DNA from: Desulfobacterales bacterium
Lineage (GTDB): Bacteria > Desulfobacterota > Desulfobacteria > Desulfobacterales > UBA5852
Assembly (NCBI GenBank): GCA_963674755.2
Contig: CAXXVS010000003.1
Location: 2,112,001 to 2,176,000 of the forward strand
Length of the DNA stretch: 64,000 nt
Direction of reading: 5' to 3'
Shown here: piece by piece, positions 47,657 through 59,250 of the stretch
How positions within the stretch are numbered: the first letter of the stretch is position 1
Layout: the number at the start of each line of letters is the position of its first letter
Program-made: the position numbers and the translations under genes
The notes under the pieces: model-generated
Seen by the model: only the letters and a program-made list of their open reading frames with translations
Told to the model about the DNA's origin: nothing
Database searches by the model: none

Positions 47657-47938
47657 ATGCCACGATCGCTGAAAAAGGGCCCGTTCATCGAGGATAAATT
47701 GATGAAGAAGGTGGTGCAGGCTCAGGAAACACGCAATGCGCGCGTCATCAAGACCTGGAGCCGGCGGTCTACCATTATTCCCGAAATGGTGGGACTGACC
47801 CTGGCCGTGCACAATGGGCGCAAGTTTATTCCGGTTTTTGTTTCGGAAAATATGGTTGGTCACAAACTGGGCGAGTTTTCTCCGACTCGCACCTTTTATG
47901 GCCATGCCGGTGATAAAAAGTCTAAACTTAAGAAGTAA
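47657..47938 (+). CDS. rpsS: 30S ribosomal protein S19
   Basis: [19 protein letters not shown]. Confidence 0.99.
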   Translation: MPRSLKKGPFIEDKLMKKVVQAQETRNARVIKTWSRRSTIIPEMVGLTLAVHNGRKFIPVFVSENMVGHKLGEFSPTRTFYGHAGDKKSKLKK

Positions 47939-47952
47939 CATATAGAAAAGGG

Positions 47953-48300
47953 ATGGCTCCAATGGAGGTTAGAGCGGTTGCTAAATATATGCGTATCTCG
48001 CCCAACAAGGTCCGCATGCTTTCGGGCGCGGTGAAGGGTAAGCCGGTCGAAAAGGGCATCGAGGCACTCAGATTCATGCCGCAAAAAGCGGCCGGCATTC
48101 TGGAAAAGATCGTTTCGGCCGCGGTGGCGAATGCAGATCAGAACCCGGATATCGATGTCGACGCACTGGTGATTCGCAATGTTATTGTCGACGGGGGGCC
48201 GACCCTGAAGCGCTTTCGTGCGCGGGCGCGTGGTCGTGGCACACGAATTCTTAAAAGAACTAGCCATATTACGGTCATTTTAGCCGACGAATCGGTTTAA
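47953..48300 (+). CDS. rplV: 50S ribosomal protein L22
   Basis: RARARGR...KRTSHIT; start may be ATG 47962. Confidence 0.97.
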   Translation: MAPMEVRAVAKYMRISPNKVRMLSGAVKGKPVEKGIEALRFMPQKAAGILEKIVSAAVANADQNPDIDVDALVIRNVIVDGGPTLKRFRARARGRGTRILKRTSHITVILADESV

Positions 48301-48317
48301 AAAGAGGAGGTACGGCC

Positions 48318-48971
48318 TTGGGTCAGAAAGTAAATCCCATCGGGTTAAGATTGGGTATTGTTAAAACCTGGGAATCTCGTTGGTACGCCGGCAAGCAATA
48401 CGCCGAATATATTCTGGAAGATCATAAAATTCGGCGCTTCGTGAAAAAGAAACTATACCATGCCGGTGTTTCCAGAATTGAGATCGAGCGCTCTTCCCGG
48501 AGAATCCGTTTGCGGATTTACACCTCGCGGCCCGGGATTGTGATCGGCAAAAAGGGTTCCGAGATTTCCCAACTCAAGACTGCCGTAGAAAAGTTAACCG
48601 CTCATGAAGTTCTGATCGATATTCAGGAAGTCCGCAAACCCGAGATCAACGCCCAACTGGTGGCCGAAAACGTGGCCATGCAGATCGAGCGGCGGGTGGC
48701 CTTCCGGCGCGCAATGAAGCGGGCCGTCACATCGGCCATGCGGTTCGGCGCACAGGGGATCAAAATTGCTGCCGGCGGCCGTTTGGGAGGCGCGGAAATG
48801 GCCCGCTCGGAATGGTATCGCGAAGGGCGGGTTCCCCTGCATACTTTGCGTGCCGATATCGACTACGGATTTGCTGAAGCCCGAACGACCTATGGTATCA
48901 TTGGCATCAAGGTCTTTATATTTAAAGGTGAGATTCTGAAGAAGGATGCGGTTGCCCAGGGCAGCCATTAA
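48318..48971 (+). CDS. rpsC: 30S ribosomal protein S3
   Basis: [26 protein letters not shown]. Confidence 0.99.
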   Translation: MGQKVNPIGLRLGIVKTWESRWYAGKQYAEYILEDHKIRRFVKKKLYHAGVSRIEIERSSRRIRLRIYTSRPGIVIGKKGSEISQLKTAVEKLTAHEVLIDIQEVRKPEINAQLVAENVAMQIERRVAFRRAMKRAVTSAMRFGAQGIKIAAGGRLGGAEMARSEWYREGRVPLHTLRADIDYGFAEARTTYGIIGIKVFIFKGEILKKDAVAQGSH

Positions 48972-48989
48972 GCCACAGGAGATGCGGAC

Positions 48990-49406
48990 ATGCTCAGTCC
49001 CAAGAAGGTTAAATTCCGAAAGCAGCAGAAAGGCAGGATGCGGGGCATCGCGCGTCGCGGATCCGATCTCGCCTTCGGTGAATACGGATTGCAGGCCGTC
49101 GAGTGCGGTAAACTCAGTTCCAAACAGATTGAAGCCGCTCGAATAGCCATGACGCGTCATGTCAAAAGAGGCGGGAAAATGTGGATTCGCATTTTTCCGG
49201 ACAAACCGTTTACCAAAAAACCTGCCGAAGTCCGAATGGGTAAGGGTAAAGGCGCACCGGAAGGTTGGGTGGCCGTTATCAAACCCGGACGCATCCTTTA
49301 CGAAATGCAGGGGGTGACCCGCGAAATGGCCAAAGAAGCACTGCGGCTTGCTTCTCACAAACTTAGCGTGAAGACCCGCTTTGTCGAGAGGAGTGAAATA
49401 TCATGA
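48990..49406 (+). CDS. rplP: 50S ribosomal protein L16
   Basis: [15 protein letters not shown]. Confidence 0.99.
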   Translation: MLSPKKVKFRKQQKGRMRGIARRGSDLAFGEYGLQAVECGKLSSKQIEAARIAMTRHVKRGGKMWIRIFPDKPFTKKPAEVRMGKGKGAPEGWVAVIKPGRILYEMQGVTREMAKEALRLASHKLSVKTRFVERSEIS

Positions 49407-49615
49407 AGCCAAACGAATTTCGGGATATGAGCCCTGAAGAACGCGGACAGAAGCTGGTGGAAATGCATGAAGCCTTTTTCAATCTGCGCTTCCAGCATGA
49501 AACCGGACAGCTGGAAAATCCGCAGAAACTCAAACAGGCCAGGCGCGATATCGCCCGTATCCAGACCATCATTCGTGAGATGGAATTAAACCCAAACCCT
49601 ACAAGTGAATCCTAA
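49403..49615 (+). CDS. rpmC: 50S ribosomal protein L29
   Basis: FNLRFQ...RRDIARIQT. Confidence 0.97.
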   Translation: MKPNEFRDMSPEERGQKLVEMHEAFFNLRFQHETGQLENPQKLKQARRDIARIQTIIREMELNPNPTSES

Positions 49616-49881
49616 TGGCGATGATGAATACTCGAAGTAGTAAACGACAAGTGGTTGGGACGGTTGTCAGCGATAAGATGGACAAAACCGTGGTCGTGGT
49701 AGTCGAGCGGTTGGTGAAGCACCGTCTCTATCACAAATATATTCGGAGAAGAGCCAAATTCTCCGCACACGACGAAGCCAACAACTGCCAGGTCGGCGAC
49801 AAGGTGATGATTACCGAGTCCCGCCCCCTAAGCAAAACGAAAAAGTGGCGGGTCAGCAAAATCATCGAGAAGGCGGTTTGA
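49615..49881 (+). CDS. rpsQ: 30S ribosomal protein S17
   Basis: [18 protein letters not shown]. Confidence 0.98.
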   Translation: MAMMNTRSSKRQVVGTVVSDKMDKTVVVVVERLVKHRLYHKYIRRRAKFSAHDEANNCQVGDKVMITESRPLSKTKKWRVSKIIEKAV

Positions 49882-49900
49882 TCGTAAAGGATAATCGACA

Positions 49901-50269
49901 ATGATTCAGGCAGAAACAAAGCTAACTGTGGCAGACAATTCCGGGGCGAAAAAGCTTTACTGTATCAAAGTTCTCGGTGGATCCCGAAGGCGTTATGCCA
50001 GCGTCGGAGACATCATCGTCGTTTCCGTCAAGGAGGCGATTCCCAACGCCAAGGTCAAGAAAGGCGATGTTCTCAAAGCGGTCGTGGTCCGTACCAAGAA
50101 AGAAATCCGGCGTATCGACGGATCTTTCATTCGCTTTGACGACAATTCCGCCGTTTTGGTCAACACCAATCGCGAACCTGTCGGAACGCGTATTTTCGGC
50201 CCGGTGGCCCGCGAACTGCGCACCAAAGGGTTCATGAAAATCGTTTCCTTAGCACCTGAAGTTTTATAA
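49901..50269 (+). CDS. rplN: 50S ribosomal protein L14
   Basis: [19 protein letters not shown]. Confidence 0.99.
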   Translation: MIQAETKLTVADNSGAKKLYCIKVLGGSRRRYASVGDIIVVSVKEAIPNAKVKKGDVLKAVVVRTKKEIRRIDGSFIRFDDNSAVLVNTNREPVGTRIFGPVARELRTKGFMKIVSLAPEVL

Positions 50270-50299
50270 GTGATTCTGCCCTTGCGGAGAGCGATACCC

Positions 50300-50629
50300 A
50301 TGGTCAAGACAAAATGCCATTTGAAAAAAGACGATAAGGTCAAGATCATTGCCGGCAAAGATTATGGCAAAATCGGCAAGATCCTAAAGATTAACAAGAA
50401 GAAAGCGCGCGTTTTGGTTGAGAACATCAACATCGTTAAGCGGCACCAGCGGCCATCCGCCACCAACCGGCAAGGCGGGATCGTTGAAAGCGAGGCCCCT
50501 ATTCCCTGGTCCAATGTCATGCTGATGTGCAACAAATGTATGAAGCCGGTGCGCATCTCCATGAAGCGTCTGGAGGATGGCAAAAAGGTGCGCTTCTGCA
50601 ACAAATGTGAGGAACTCATCGATAGTTAA
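50300..50629 (+). CDS. rplX: 50S ribosomal protein L24
   Basis: [22 protein letters not shown]; start set at ATG 50300. Confidence 0.97.
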   Translation: MVKTKCHLKKDDKVKIIAGKDYGKIGKILKINKKKARVLVENINIVKRHQRPSATNRQGGIVESEAPIPWSNVMLMCNKCMKPVRISMKRLEDGKKVRFCNKCEELIDS

Positions 50630-50653
50630 CAGATGAGTTGCCGGAGGAGTGAC

Positions 50654-51193
50654 ATGTCTCAGCTGATGCAGGTTTACCAAGAAGAAGTCATCCCCAAGCT
50701 GACGGAGACCTTTGGCTATAAAAACGCCATGCAGGTGCCGAAGCTCAAAAAGATCGTTTTGAACATGGGGCTGGGCGAAGCCATTCAAAATATCAAGTTG
50801 CTGGATTCCGCCGTTGAGGAGCTAAAGGTGATTTCGGGGCAAAAACCCGTCATCACACGGGCCAAACGATCCATTGCCGCTTTCAAGCTGCGCGAAGGAA
50901 TGCCGATCGGTTGCATGGTAACGGTTCGCCGTGAAAAGATGTACGACTTTTTCTCCAAACTGGTTAATATCGCATTGCCGCGCGTACGCGATTTTCGCGG
51001 CATCTCCGGGAAAGCGTTCGACGGACGGGGAAATTACTCGCTGGGTATTAAGGAGCAGTTAATTTTTCCCGAAATCGATTACGATAAGATTGATAAAATC
51101 AAAGGGTTGAACATCACCATCGTCACATCGGCCGAGACGGATGAAGAAGGTAAAGTGCTGCTGAAGCTCATGGGTATGCCTTTTCGCAACTAG
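50654..51193 (+). CDS. rplE: 50S ribosomal protein L5
   Basis: [19 protein letters not shown] 50654 after GGAGGAG. Confidence 0.98.
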   Translation: MSQLMQVYQEEVIPKLTETFGYKNAMQVPKLKKIVLNMGLGEAIQNIKLLDSAVEELKVISGQKPVITRAKRSIAAFKLREGMPIGCMVTVRREKMYDFFSKLVNIALPRVRDFRGISGKAFDGRGNYSLGIKEQLIFPEIDYDKIDKIKGLNITIVTSAETDEEGKVLLKLMGMPFRN

Positions 51194-51243
51194 CAAACGG
51201 AACGATAGGTGGCGGTTAGAATGCTGTCCACAAGGAGGACAAG

Positions 51244-51429
51244 TTGGCAAAAACATCACTCAGAATGAAGGCCCAACGAAAGCCAAAATTTGGTGTGCGT
51301 GCGTATAATCGTTGCCCCGTGTGCGGTCGGCCAAGAGCCTTTATGAGAAAATTCGGGATTTGTCGAATCTGCTTCCGTGATATGGCCTCCCAGGGAAAGC
51401 TCCCGGGCGTGACCAAATCCAGCTGGTAA
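51244..51429 (+). CDS. rpsN: 30S ribosomal protein S14, zinc-binding type Z
   Basis: 61 aa; CPVCGRP...CRIC. Confidence 0.98.
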   Translation: MAKTSLRMKAQRKPKFGVRAYNRCPVCGRPRAFMRKFGICRICFRDMASQGKLPGVTKSSW

Positions 51430-51493
51430 ACAGTGGTTTCGGAGATTCTGCGAATCCAATCGGACTACAGGTAGAGATAAACGGAGATCAAAA

Positions 51494-51892
51494 ATGGCGA
51501 TAAGCGATCCCATTGCGGATATGTTAACCCGAATCAGGAATGCTGCGAAAGCCAAATTCAACAGCGCCGATGTGCCGGCATCGAAGCTCAAGACGGAATT
51601 GGCCCGGGTCTTGAAGGACGAAGGTTATATTAAAAACTATAAGTTCATTCAGGACGGGAAGCAGGGTGTTCTGCGGATTTATCTCAAATATGGACCGGGT
51701 CAAAAGGCGACGATCTATGGGATTGAACGCGTCAGCAAACCCAGCCGCCGTGTCTACACTAAAAGCAAAGACATCAAACCGGTTTACAACGGTATGGGGA
51801 TCTCCATTCTGTCGACCTCACGCGGCATCATGACAGACAAGAAGGCCCGGCAGGAAAACGTCGGAGGCGAAGTCCTCTGCAATATCTGGTAA
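51494..51892 (+). CDS. rpsH: 30S ribosomal protein S8
   Basis: DPIADMLTRIRN, STSRG. Confidence 0.99.
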   Translation: MAISDPIADMLTRIRNAAKAKFNSADVPASKLKTELARVLKDEGYIKNYKFIQDGKQGVLRIYLKYGPGQKATIYGIERVSKPSRRVYTKSKDIKPVYNGMGISILSTSRGIMTDKKARQENVGGEVLCNIW

Positions 51893-51906
51893 TAAGGGGA
51901 ACGACG

Positions 51907-52446
51907 ATGTCTCGAGTTGGTAAAAAACCGATTCCGATTCCCGAGAAAGTGCAGGTCAGCCTCCAAGATCGGCTGATCACCGTCAAGGGCAGCAAGGGCA
52001 CTCTCTCGCGGACCATCCACGATGCGGTGGATCTGAAAATTGCGGACGGCATGATCAAAGTCCAGGCCACATCCCAAAACAAGAAGAACGTCGCCTTGCA
52101 GGGGCTTACCCGCAGTCTCGTCGACAACATGGTCACCGGGGTGGACAAAGGCTTTGAACGCGTCCTGGAGATCAATGGGATAGGCTATCGGGCGGAAGTC
52201 AAGGGCAACACCCTGGTGCTGAATCTAGGGTATTCCAACCCGGTCAATTACGAGCTTCCCAAGGATGTCTCAGCCAGTGTCGACAAGAACACGATTATCA
52301 AGCTGGCCTGCATCGACAAGGAAGTTCTCGGTCAAACGGCCGCCACCATCAGAGAGTTGCGACCGCCCGAACCTTACAAGGGCAAAGGCATCAAATACGC
52401 TGAGGAACGCATCATCCGCAAGGCTGGCAAAACCGGAACCAAGTAA
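51907..52446 (+). CDS. rplF: 50S ribosomal protein L6
   Basis: MSRVGK, RPPEPYKGKGI. Confidence 0.99.
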   Translation: MSRVGKKPIPIPEKVQVSLQDRLITVKGSKGTLSRTIHDAVDLKIADGMIKVQATSQNKKNVALQGLTRSLVDNMVTGVDKGFERVLEINGIGYRAEVKGNTLVLNLGYSNPVNYELPKDVSASVDKNTIIKLACIDKEVLGQTAATIRELRPPEPYKGKGIKYAEERIIRKAGKTGTK

Positions 52447-52493
52447 GCGGACGTAACGAATGTTTCCGCTCATCGAGATAAGGACTTGAACAA

Positions 52494-52862
52494 ATGGGTG
52501 CGACAGAACCGACACGGCTGGCACGTATAAAACGTAGACGGCGTATCCGTAAACGAATCAAAGGTACCACGGGCAGACCGCGGCTCTGCGTTTTTCGCAG
52601 CGCCAAGCATATTTATGCGCAAATCATCGACGACACCCGAGGCCTGACCCTGGTTTCCGCTTCGAGTACCGAAGTTGACACCAGGCAGAAAGAGAAATTC
52701 GAAAACAAGATTGCTCTGGCGACCTTCATCGGGAAACAGGTTGGCGAGCGGGCCCGGGAAAAAGGGATCCAAAAGGTCGTTTTCGACCGCAACGGCTTCC
52801 TCTACCACGGGCGCGTGAAAGCCGTTTCCGAGGGTGCCCGAGAATCCGGGCTTGAGTTCTAG
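52494..52862 (+). CDS. rplR: 50S ribosomal protein L18
   Basis: [21 protein letters not shown]. Confidence 0.98.
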   Translation: MGATEPTRLARIKRRRRIRKRIKGTTGRPRLCVFRSAKHIYAQIIDDTRGLTLVSASSTEVDTRQKEKFENKIALATFIGKQVGERAREKGIQKVVFDRNGFLYHGRVKAVSEGARESGLEF

Positions 52863-52892
52863 TCCTTACCATCGCTTGAAGGAGGCAGTCCT

Positions 52893-53390
52893 TTGTTCAA
52901 ACAAGAAACAGCTGAGAATCAATTCATCGATAAAGTCGTCCACATCAACCGGGTCGCCAAGGTTGTCAAAGGCGGGCGGCGTTTCAGTTTCAGTGCCATT
53001 GTCGTGGTCGGTGACGGACAGGGATCGGTCGGCTTCGGGTTGGGCAAAGCCGGCGAGGTGCCGGAAGCGATTCGCAAAGGTGTTGAAAAAGCTAAAAAGA
53101 ATATGATTCAGGTTCCGCTTAAAGAAGGTACCATTCCCTACGAAGTCATCGGAAGGTTCGGCGCAGGGCGTGTGCTACTGAAACCGGCCTCCCAAGGGAC
53201 TGGTGTCATCGCCGGTGGAGCGGTACGCGCGGTACTGGAAGCCGTCGGGATCCAAAATATTTTGACCAAGTGCATGGGATCGCACAATCCCCATAATGTC
53301 GTCAAGGCGACGCTGGCCGGACTCGAGATGCTCGAAAGTCCGAAAGATGTTGCCGCGCGCCGCGGCAAGAGCATCGACGAGCTGCAGTAA
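52893..53390 (+). CDS. rpsE: 30S ribosomal protein S5
   Basis: [22 protein letters not shown]. Confidence 0.98.
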   Translation: MFKQETAENQFIDKVVHINRVAKVVKGGRRFSFSAIVVVGDGQGSVGFGLGKAGEVPEAIRKGVEKAKKNMIQVPLKEGTIPYEVIGRFGAGRVLLKPASQGTGVIAGGAVRAVLEAVGIQNILTKCMGSHNPHNVVKATLAGLEMLESPKDVAARRGKSIDELQ

Positions 53391-53402
53391 GGAGTTCAAT
53401 CC

Positions 53403-53591
53403 ATGGCAGAGAAACTCAAGATAACCCTTGTAAAGAGTATGGTCGGAAGACCCGCAAAGCACCGTAAAGTTCTGCGCGGCATGGGGCTCACAAAGATGAA
53501 CAAAACGGTTGAGCTGATGGATACGCCGGAGATTCGCGGCATGGTGCATAAGGTATCTCATCTGGTTCAAACGGAGGAGAGCAATTCATGA
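53403..53591 (+). CDS. rpmD: 50S ribosomal protein L30
   Basis: ITLVKS...RGMVHKVSHLV. Confidence 0.96.
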   Translation: MAEKLKITLVKSMVGRPAKHRKVLRGMGLTKMNKTVELMDTPEIRGMVHKVSHLVQTEESNS

Positions 53592-54028
53592 AACTCAACG
53601 AACTTTCGCCGGCGAAGGGATCCAAGCGACCGCGCCAGCGCATCGGACGAGGCGTTGCCTCCGGTTGGGGGAAGACCGCCGGCCGTGGTAGCAAAGGACA
53701 GGGCGCCCGATCAGGCGGCGGTGTCCGGCCGGGATATGAGGGCGGGCAGATGCCGATCCATCGGCGCCTGCCGAAACGCGGCTTCACCAACCTTTTTAAA
53801 AAGAATTTGGCCATCCTCAACATCCGCGATCTAGCGCGTTTTGAAAGCGGGGCCACCGTTGATGAAGTGGAACTCGTCAAATGCGGCCTGGTTAAAGGGA
53901 CCCACGACGGGATCAAATTATTGGGGCAGGGCGATATCGATTTTCCTCTTCAAATCAAGGTGAATGCGATTAGCAAAAGCGCGCAGGAAAAGATCGTGGC
54001 CGCCGGCGGAACAGTCGAGGTTTTGTAA
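53588..54028 (+). CDS. rplO: 50S ribosomal protein L15
   Basis: GKTAGRGSKGQ, EGGQMP...LPKRGF. Confidence 0.98.
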   Translation: MKLNELSPAKGSKRPRQRIGRGVASGWGKTAGRGSKGQGARSGGGVRPGYEGGQMPIHRRLPKRGFTNLFKKNLAILNIRDLARFESGATVDEVELVKCGLVKGTHDGIKLLGQGDIDFPLQIKVNAISKSAQEKIVAAGGTVEVL

Positions 54029-55321
54029 ATGGTTGGCAGCGGGTTCCAGAACATATTCAAGATTCCCGAATTGAAAAAGCGCATCCTCTTTACCCTGGGG
54101 CTGCTCGTGGTCTATCGTGTCGGTGTCAATGTCCCGGTGCCGGGAATCGACAGCGCGGCGCTTGCCGAAATATTCAACCGCTTCAGGAGTGTTCTGGGCA
54201 TTGTCGATCTCTTCTCAGGAGGCGCCTTAGAGCGTTTTTCGATTTTTGCGCTGGGCATTATGCCCTACATCAGTTCCTCGATTATTCTACAATTGCTTAC
54301 GGTGGTGATTCCCCATCTGGAGCGATTGTCCAAAGAGGGGGAGCAGGGGCGCAAGAAGATTACCCAGTACACGCGCTATGGAACGGTTCTGCTCAGTGTT
54401 ATCCAGGGCTTCGGCATCAGCTACGGTCTGGTTCAAGGCGGTGCGAATGCCATTCCGGCCGCCGTTTTTATCCCGTTGACGGTCATTACCCTGACCGCGG
54501 GAACGGCGTTCATCATGTGGCTGGGCGAACAGATTACCGAGCGGGGCATCGGCAACGGTATCTCGCTGATCATTTTTGCCGGTATCGTCGCACGGGCGCC
54601 GGCGGCCATCGGTGCCACCGTGGAGCTGCTGCGGTCCGGGACCATGAATATTTTCCTGATACTGATTCTGCTGGTCTTCATGGCCATCGTGGTGGCCTTT
54701 ATTATCTTTGTCGAGCAGGGGCAGCGACGGATTCCCGTGCAATACGCCAAACGTGTGGTGGGGCGCCGCCTTTATGGCGGACAGAGTACCCATCTGCCAT
54801 TGAAAATCAATCAGTCCGGCGTTATTCCCCCGATTTTCGCTTCGTCGATTATCATGTTTCCGGCGACGGTGGCCAGCTTCATCGAGTTGCCGATTATGCA
54901 AACCATTGCCGACACGTTGCGGCCCGGCAACATCTGGTATGAGTTGCTCTTTATCGGCTTTATCTTTTTCTTTTGCTATTTTTACACAGCGGTGACCTTC
55001 AATGTTGTGGATGTGGCCGACAATATGAAAAAGCAGGGCGGATTTATTCCGGGAATTCGGCCGGGCAAACGTACCGCGGATTACATCGACAAAGTGCTAA
55101 CGCGAATTACACTGGGGGGGGCCATCTATGTCTCGGCGGTTTGCGTTCTGCCTTCGGTGCTGATCACGAGGTTCAACGTACCCTTTTATTTCGGCGGCAC
55201 GGCGCTCCTGATCGTCGTGGGGGTCGCCATTGACACGATCGCCCAGATCGAATCGCACATGCTGACCCGTCATTACGAGGGTTTCTTGAAAAAGGCCGGG
55301 CCAACCGTCCGCAGTCGTTAA
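54029..55321 (+). CDS. secY: preprotein translocase subunit SecY
   Basis: [26 protein letters not shown]. Confidence 0.99.
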   Translation: MVGSGFQNIFKIPELKKRILFTLGLLVVYRVGVNVPVPGIDSAALAEIFNRFRSVLGIVDLFSGGALERFSIFALGIMPYISSSIILQLLTVVIPHLERLSKEGEQGRKKITQYTRYGTVLLSVIQGFGISYGLVQGGANAIPAAVFIPLTVITLTAGTAFIMWLGEQITERGIGNGISLIIFAGIVARAPAAIGATVELLRSGTMNIFLILILLVFMAIVVAFIIFVEQGQRRIPVQYAKRVVGRRLYGGQSTHLPLKINQSGVIPPIFASSIIMFPATVASFIELPIMQTIADTLRPGNIWYELLFIGFIFFFCYFYTAVTFNVVDVADNMKKQGGFIPGIRPGKRTADYIDKVLTRITLGGAIYVSAVCVLPSVLITRFNVPFYFGGTALLIVVGVAIDTIAQIESHMLTRHYEGFLKKAGPTVRSR

Positions 55322-55416
55322 GGGCGGCCAATGCACCCGAAGGCAAACCACGGGCGACATCAAACAAGGCGATTGACAACACATCGATCTTGCAGGAACG
55401 GATAGCGGGGACGCAA

Positions 55417-55635
55417 ATGGCGAAAGAGGAAGCGATCAAAGTCGAGGGCACGGTTCTGGAGACGTTGCCGAATGCGATGTTCAAGGTGGAACTTGAAAAT
55501 GGCCACAAAGTATTGGCGCATATATCCGGCAAGATGCGGATGCATTTTATCAAGATTCTACCGGGCGATACCGTCACGGTAGAGCTTTCACCATATGATT
55601 TGAGCAGGGGCCGTATTACTTACCGGTCCAAATAA
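55417..55635 (+). CDS. infA: translation initiation factor IF-1
   Basis: MAKEEAI...HISGKMR...ELSPYDL. Confidence 0.98.
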   Translation: MAKEEAIKVEGTVLETLPNAMFKVELENGHKVLAHISGKMRMHFIKILPGDTVTVELSPYDLSRGRITYRSK

Positions 55636-55705
55636 GCCGGATGGCGACAACACAGCATCAAGGCATCCGGCTTAGGGGCCGGTCTGATGATGAGGAGCAG
55701 GTAAC

Positions 55706-55819
55706 ATGAAAGTCAGGGCATCCGTAAAAAAAATGTGCAGTAAATGCAAAATCATCCGCCGCAAAGGCGTCGTGCGTGTGATTTGCGAAAACAAACGGCA
55801 TAAACAACGTCAGGGATAG
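55706..55819 (+). CDS. rpmJ: 50S ribosomal protein L36 (absent from ORF track)
   Basis: [37 protein letters not shown]. Confidence 0.98.
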   Translation: MKVRASVKKMCSKCKIIRRKGVVRVICENKRHKQRQG

Positions 55820-55832
55820 AGGAGGAGCAGCA

Positions 55833-56216
55833 TTGGCACGAATTGCGGGCGTAGATTTACCAAAAAATAAGCGGGTGGAAATCGGCCTGACGTATATTTA
55901 CGGGATTGGACGCACGACTTCGCGCGAAATTCTCGCAAAGCTGGATATCAGCCCAGATACCAAGACGGATGCGCTTACGGAGTCCGAAGTCAACAACATC
56001 CGCAAGATGATTGATGAGGCCTACCGTGTGGAAGGTGAGCTGCGGTCTGAAATCGCAATGAATATCAAGCGGTTGATGGATTTGGGATGCTATCGCGGGT
56101 TGCGCCACCGCAAGGGGCTGCCGGTGAATGGGCAGCGCACCAGCACGAACGCCAGAACCCGTAAAGGACCCAAGCGGGCCGCTGTTAAGAAAAAGGGCGG
56201 CGCCAAGAAGAAGTAA
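55833..56216 (+). CDS. rpsM: 30S ribosomal protein S13
   Basis: ARIAGVD, YRGLRH...GQRT. Confidence 0.99.
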   Translation: MARIAGVDLPKNKRVEIGLTYIYGIGRTTSREILAKLDISPDTKTDALTESEVNNIRKMIDEAYRVEGELRSEIAMNIKRLMDLGCYRGLRHRKGLPVNGQRTSTNARTRKGPKRAAVKKKGGAKKK

Positions 56217-56243
56217 TGCATCAGCCTACAGGGATTAGAATAA

Positions 56244-56630
56244 ATGCCTAAAAAGACCCGTATCAAGAAAAAAGTCAAAAAGAATATTTCGACCGGCGTC
56301 GTCCATATCCAGTCGACCTTCAATAATACGATCATTACGATTACCGACGCCATGGGCAATGCCGTGGCGTGGTCCAGCGCTGGCCTCCAGGGATTCAAAG
56401 GATCGCGGAAAAGCACGCCATTTGCCGCCCAGTTGGCAGCCCAGGATGCCGCCAAGAAGGCGCAGGAACATGGCATGAAAACGGTGGAAGTCTATGTCAA
56501 GGGTCCGGGACCCGGAAGGGAATCGGCGTTGCGCGCCCTCCAGGCCTCCGGTTTTAACGTGACCATGATCAAAGATGTCACACCGGTACCCCATAACGGC
56601 TGCCGCCCGCCCAAAAGACGCCGCGTATAA
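56244..56630 (+). CDS. rpsK: 30S ribosomal protein S11
   Basis: [15 protein letters not shown]. Confidence 0.99.
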   Translation: MPKKTRIKKKVKKNISTGVVHIQSTFNNTIITITDAMGNAVAWSSAGLQGFKGSRKSTPFAAQLAAQDAAKKAQEHGMKTVEVYVKGPGPGRESALRALQASGFNVTMIKDVTPVPHNGCRPPKRRRV

Positions 56631-56684
56631 ATTCTGTTGCTGCAACGCAAAGTTACCGTCCGCTAGGACGTAAAGGAGGATATC

Positions 56685-57314
56685 TTGGCACGATACACCG
56701 GTTCCGTTTGTCGGCTGTGCCGGCGAGAGAACATGAAGCTCTTCCTCAAGGGAGACCGATGTTTTTCTGATAAATGCGCTTTTGACCGCCGCGGCTATCC
56801 GCCCGGCCAGCATGGTGAACGGCGTGGACGCAAAATTTCTGATTATGGCATTCAGCTACGCGAAAAGCAGAAGGTCAAACGGATGTATGGTTTGACCGAA
56901 AAACAGTTTCGTCTGTTTTTCAAACGCGCCCATCAACAGAAAGGCATTACGGGTACCAACCTGCTGGTTATGCTAGAGCGCCGATTGGACAATCTGGTCT
57001 ACCGCATGGGTTTCGTGAATTCTCGTACCCAGGGACGCCATTTTGTGCGGCACAACCACTTTACGGTGAATGGCAAGAAAGTCAATATACCGTCCTTTCT
57101 CGTTAAATCGGGTGATATCGTTGAGGTGCGCGAAAAGAGCCGTGCGATTCAAGCCATCAGCGATTCCCTGGACGCCGTGGTCCGTCGCGGTGTTCCCCAG
57201 TGGATTGAATTGGAGAAGGAGGCCTTTCGGGGTATCGTCAAGGGTCTGCCCGTTCGCGAAGATCTGACCATGCCGATTCAGGAGCAACTCATCGTCGAGC
57301 TTTACACGAAATAG
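56685..57314 (+). CDS. rpsD: 30S ribosomal protein S4
   Basis: CRLCRRE, LERRLDN, IVELY. Confidence 0.99.
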   Translation: MARYTGSVCRLCRRENMKLFLKGDRCFSDKCAFDRRGYPPGQHGERRGRKISDYGIQLREKQKVKRMYGLTEKQFRLFFKRAHQQKGITGTNLLVMLERRLDNLVYRMGFVNSRTQGRHFVRHNHFTVNGKKVNIPSFLVKSGDIVEVREKSRAIQAISDSLDAVVRRGVPQWIELEKEAFRGIVKGLPVREDLTMPIQEQLIVELYTK

Positions 57315-57422
57315 CGCATTCAACCCTGCCAGCGAACACGCCCGTGGCGTTTTCCACATCATCCGGAAACGTCCGCCTGTGCAGGGAAATCTGCTATCCT
57401 CCCAACCATCTGGAGAAATAAC

Positions 57423-58445
57423 ATGTCGTCAAAAGACCTAATGTACATGAACTGGCAGCAAATGATTACGCCGGAGAAGGTCCAGGTAACCAGCGACGGA
57501 GTCTACGGAAAGTTCGTCTGCGAGCCGCTTGAGCGCGGGTTCGGGATCACGATTGGCAACTCGCTGCGGCGTATCATTCTGTCTTCGCTCTACGGTGCGG
57601 CGATTACATCGGTCAAGTTCGACTCGGTTATGCATGAGTTCAGCGTTGTTCCCGGCGTTTTTGAAGATGTTTCCGAAATTATCCTCAATCTCAAGTCGAT
57701 TCGCTTTAAAACCAAGGATGCCACACCCCGTCAGATTTTTATTTCCAAAAAGGTTGAAGGCCCGGTGACAGCGGCCGATATCATCAGCAAGGATGGCGCT
57801 TGTGAAGTTCTCAATCCCGACCTGCACATCGCCACTCTGACGTCAGAGGGGCAGCTGGAAATGGAGATGACGGTCAAGGTCGGTAAGGGCTACACCCTCT
57901 CGGAGCAGAACAAGGATGAAGACGCCCCCGTGGGAATGATCCCCATCGACGCCGTTTTTTCACCCATCAAGCGAGTCAATTACGTGGTCACCAACGCCCG
58001 CGTCGGCCAACGCACCGATTATGATAAACTGACTATGGAAGTCTGGACCGACAGCAGTGTGAAACCCGAGGACGCCGTGGCCTATGCGGCCAAAATCCTC
58101 AAAGAGCAAATGACCATCTTCATCAATTTCGATGAAAAGGCCGAGCCTTCTCCGGAAAAGCAGGCCCAAGACAGCGACGGCAGCGATTTCAACGAAAACC
58201 TTTATCGTAGCGTGGAGGAGCTCGAACTCTCCGTGCGCAGTGCCAACTGTCTTAAGAACGCTGATATTCACAAGATTTTCCAGCTTGTGAGCAAGACCGA
58301 AGCCGAAATGCTGAAAACCAAAAATTTCGGACGCAAGTCGCTGAATGAAATAAAAGAGGTTCTGTCGGAGATGGGCCTCGCTTTGGGGATGAAACTGGAT
58401 GGATTTACACCACCTGAAGAAGAAGAGGCCGAAGAAGGAGAGTAA
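57423..58445 (+). CDS. rpoA: DNA-directed RNA polymerase subunit alpha
   Basis: [24 protein letters not shown]. Confidence 0.99.
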   Translation: MSSKDLMYMNWQQMITPEKVQVTSDGVYGKFVCEPLERGFGITIGNSLRRIILSSLYGAAITSVKFDSVMHEFSVVPGVFEDVSEIILNLKSIRFKTKDATPRQIFISKKVEGPVTAADIISKDGACEVLNPDLHIATLTSEGQLEMEMTVKVGKGYTLSEQNKDEDAPVGMIPIDAVFSPIKRVNYVVTNARVGQRTDYDKLTMEVWTDSSVKPEDAVAYAAKILKEQMTIFINFDEKAEPSPEKQAQDSDGSDFNENLYRSVEELELSVRSANCLKNADIHKIFQLVSKTEAEMLKTKNFGRKSLNEIKEVLSEMGLALGMKLDGFTPPEEEEAEEGE

Positions 58446-58453
58446 TCGATCCT

Positions 58454-59101
58454 ATGAGACACCGAAGAGTTGGTATAAAATTAGGTCGTACGGCGAGCCA
58501 CCGGAAGGCGATGTTTCGCAACATGGTCACCTCGCTTTTTAAACACGAACAGATCCAAACCACGGATGCCAAGGCCAAGGAAATTCGTCGCTGGGCCGAC
58601 CAGCTGGTGACGCTTGCCAAGCGGGGGGATCTGCATGCCCGACGCCAGGCCATGGCCATCATTCAGGAAAAGGATGTGGTCCACAAGCTGTTTGAGGAAG
58701 CCCCGAAGCGGTACGCCGATGTGGATGGCGGCTATACACGCGTCGTAAAGGTCGGCTACCGACCCGGCGATGCGGCGGCGGTATCTCTGGTGCAGCTTGT
58801 TTCACCGGAGCCTAAAAAGAAGAAAAAGCCACGTCGCAAGAAAAAGGCAGCCCCCGCTGTCGAAACACCAGCGCCCAGCGAGAGCATGGCAGCGGCGTCT
58901 TCCGAAGAGACCGCCAGCGCCGCGCCCGTGGAAGCCGAGGCGACGTCCGAGATTCCGGAGGCGGATACCGCAGCGGAACCGGCCGTGAAGACCTCCGAGG
59001 CGGCACCGGTTGGAGCGCCAGAAGCCGAAGTTGTTCCGGAAGGGGCGGCTGAAGAGGCCGCACCGGAGGCTGAAGACAGCCCAAAGAAAGAAGAACAATA
59101 A
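58454..59101 (+). CDS. rplQ: 50S ribosomal protein L17 with long low-complexity C-terminal tail
   Basis: MRHR...[20 protein letters not shown]. Confidence 0.97.
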   Translation: MRHRRVGIKLGRTASHRKAMFRNMVTSLFKHEQIQTTDAKAKEIRRWADQLVTLAKRGDLHARRQAMAIIQEKDVVHKLFEEAPKRYADVDGGYTRVVKVGYRPGDAAAVSLVQLVSPEPKKKKKPRRKKKAAPAVETPAPSESMAAASSEETASAAPVEAEATSEIPEADTAAEPAVKTSEAAPVGAPEAEVVPEGAAEEAAPEAEDSPKKEEQ

Positions 59102-59130
59102 GCGCACGCCGCACCCGATGATATGCCGTT

Positions 59131-59161
59131 AAGCCCTGCCGTATTGACGGCAGGGCTTTTT
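59131..59161 (+). terminator. Rho-independent terminator of the alpha operon
   Basis: AAGCCCTGCCGT-ATTG-ACGGCAGGGCTT followed by T run. Confidence 0.9.
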
Positions 59162-59250
59162 CATTTTCCGGCATAGCAAGGACAACCGGCGCCGGGGATA
59201 TCGATTGGGGAATTCTCTCCGGCGATCCTCTTCCCAAAGGGGCTTTGCCA

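Noticed and set aside
48318..57314. Frequent TTG starts and zinc-binding forms of S14, L36, S4 and L24
   Set aside because: Common in ribosomal operons of this group; not unusual.
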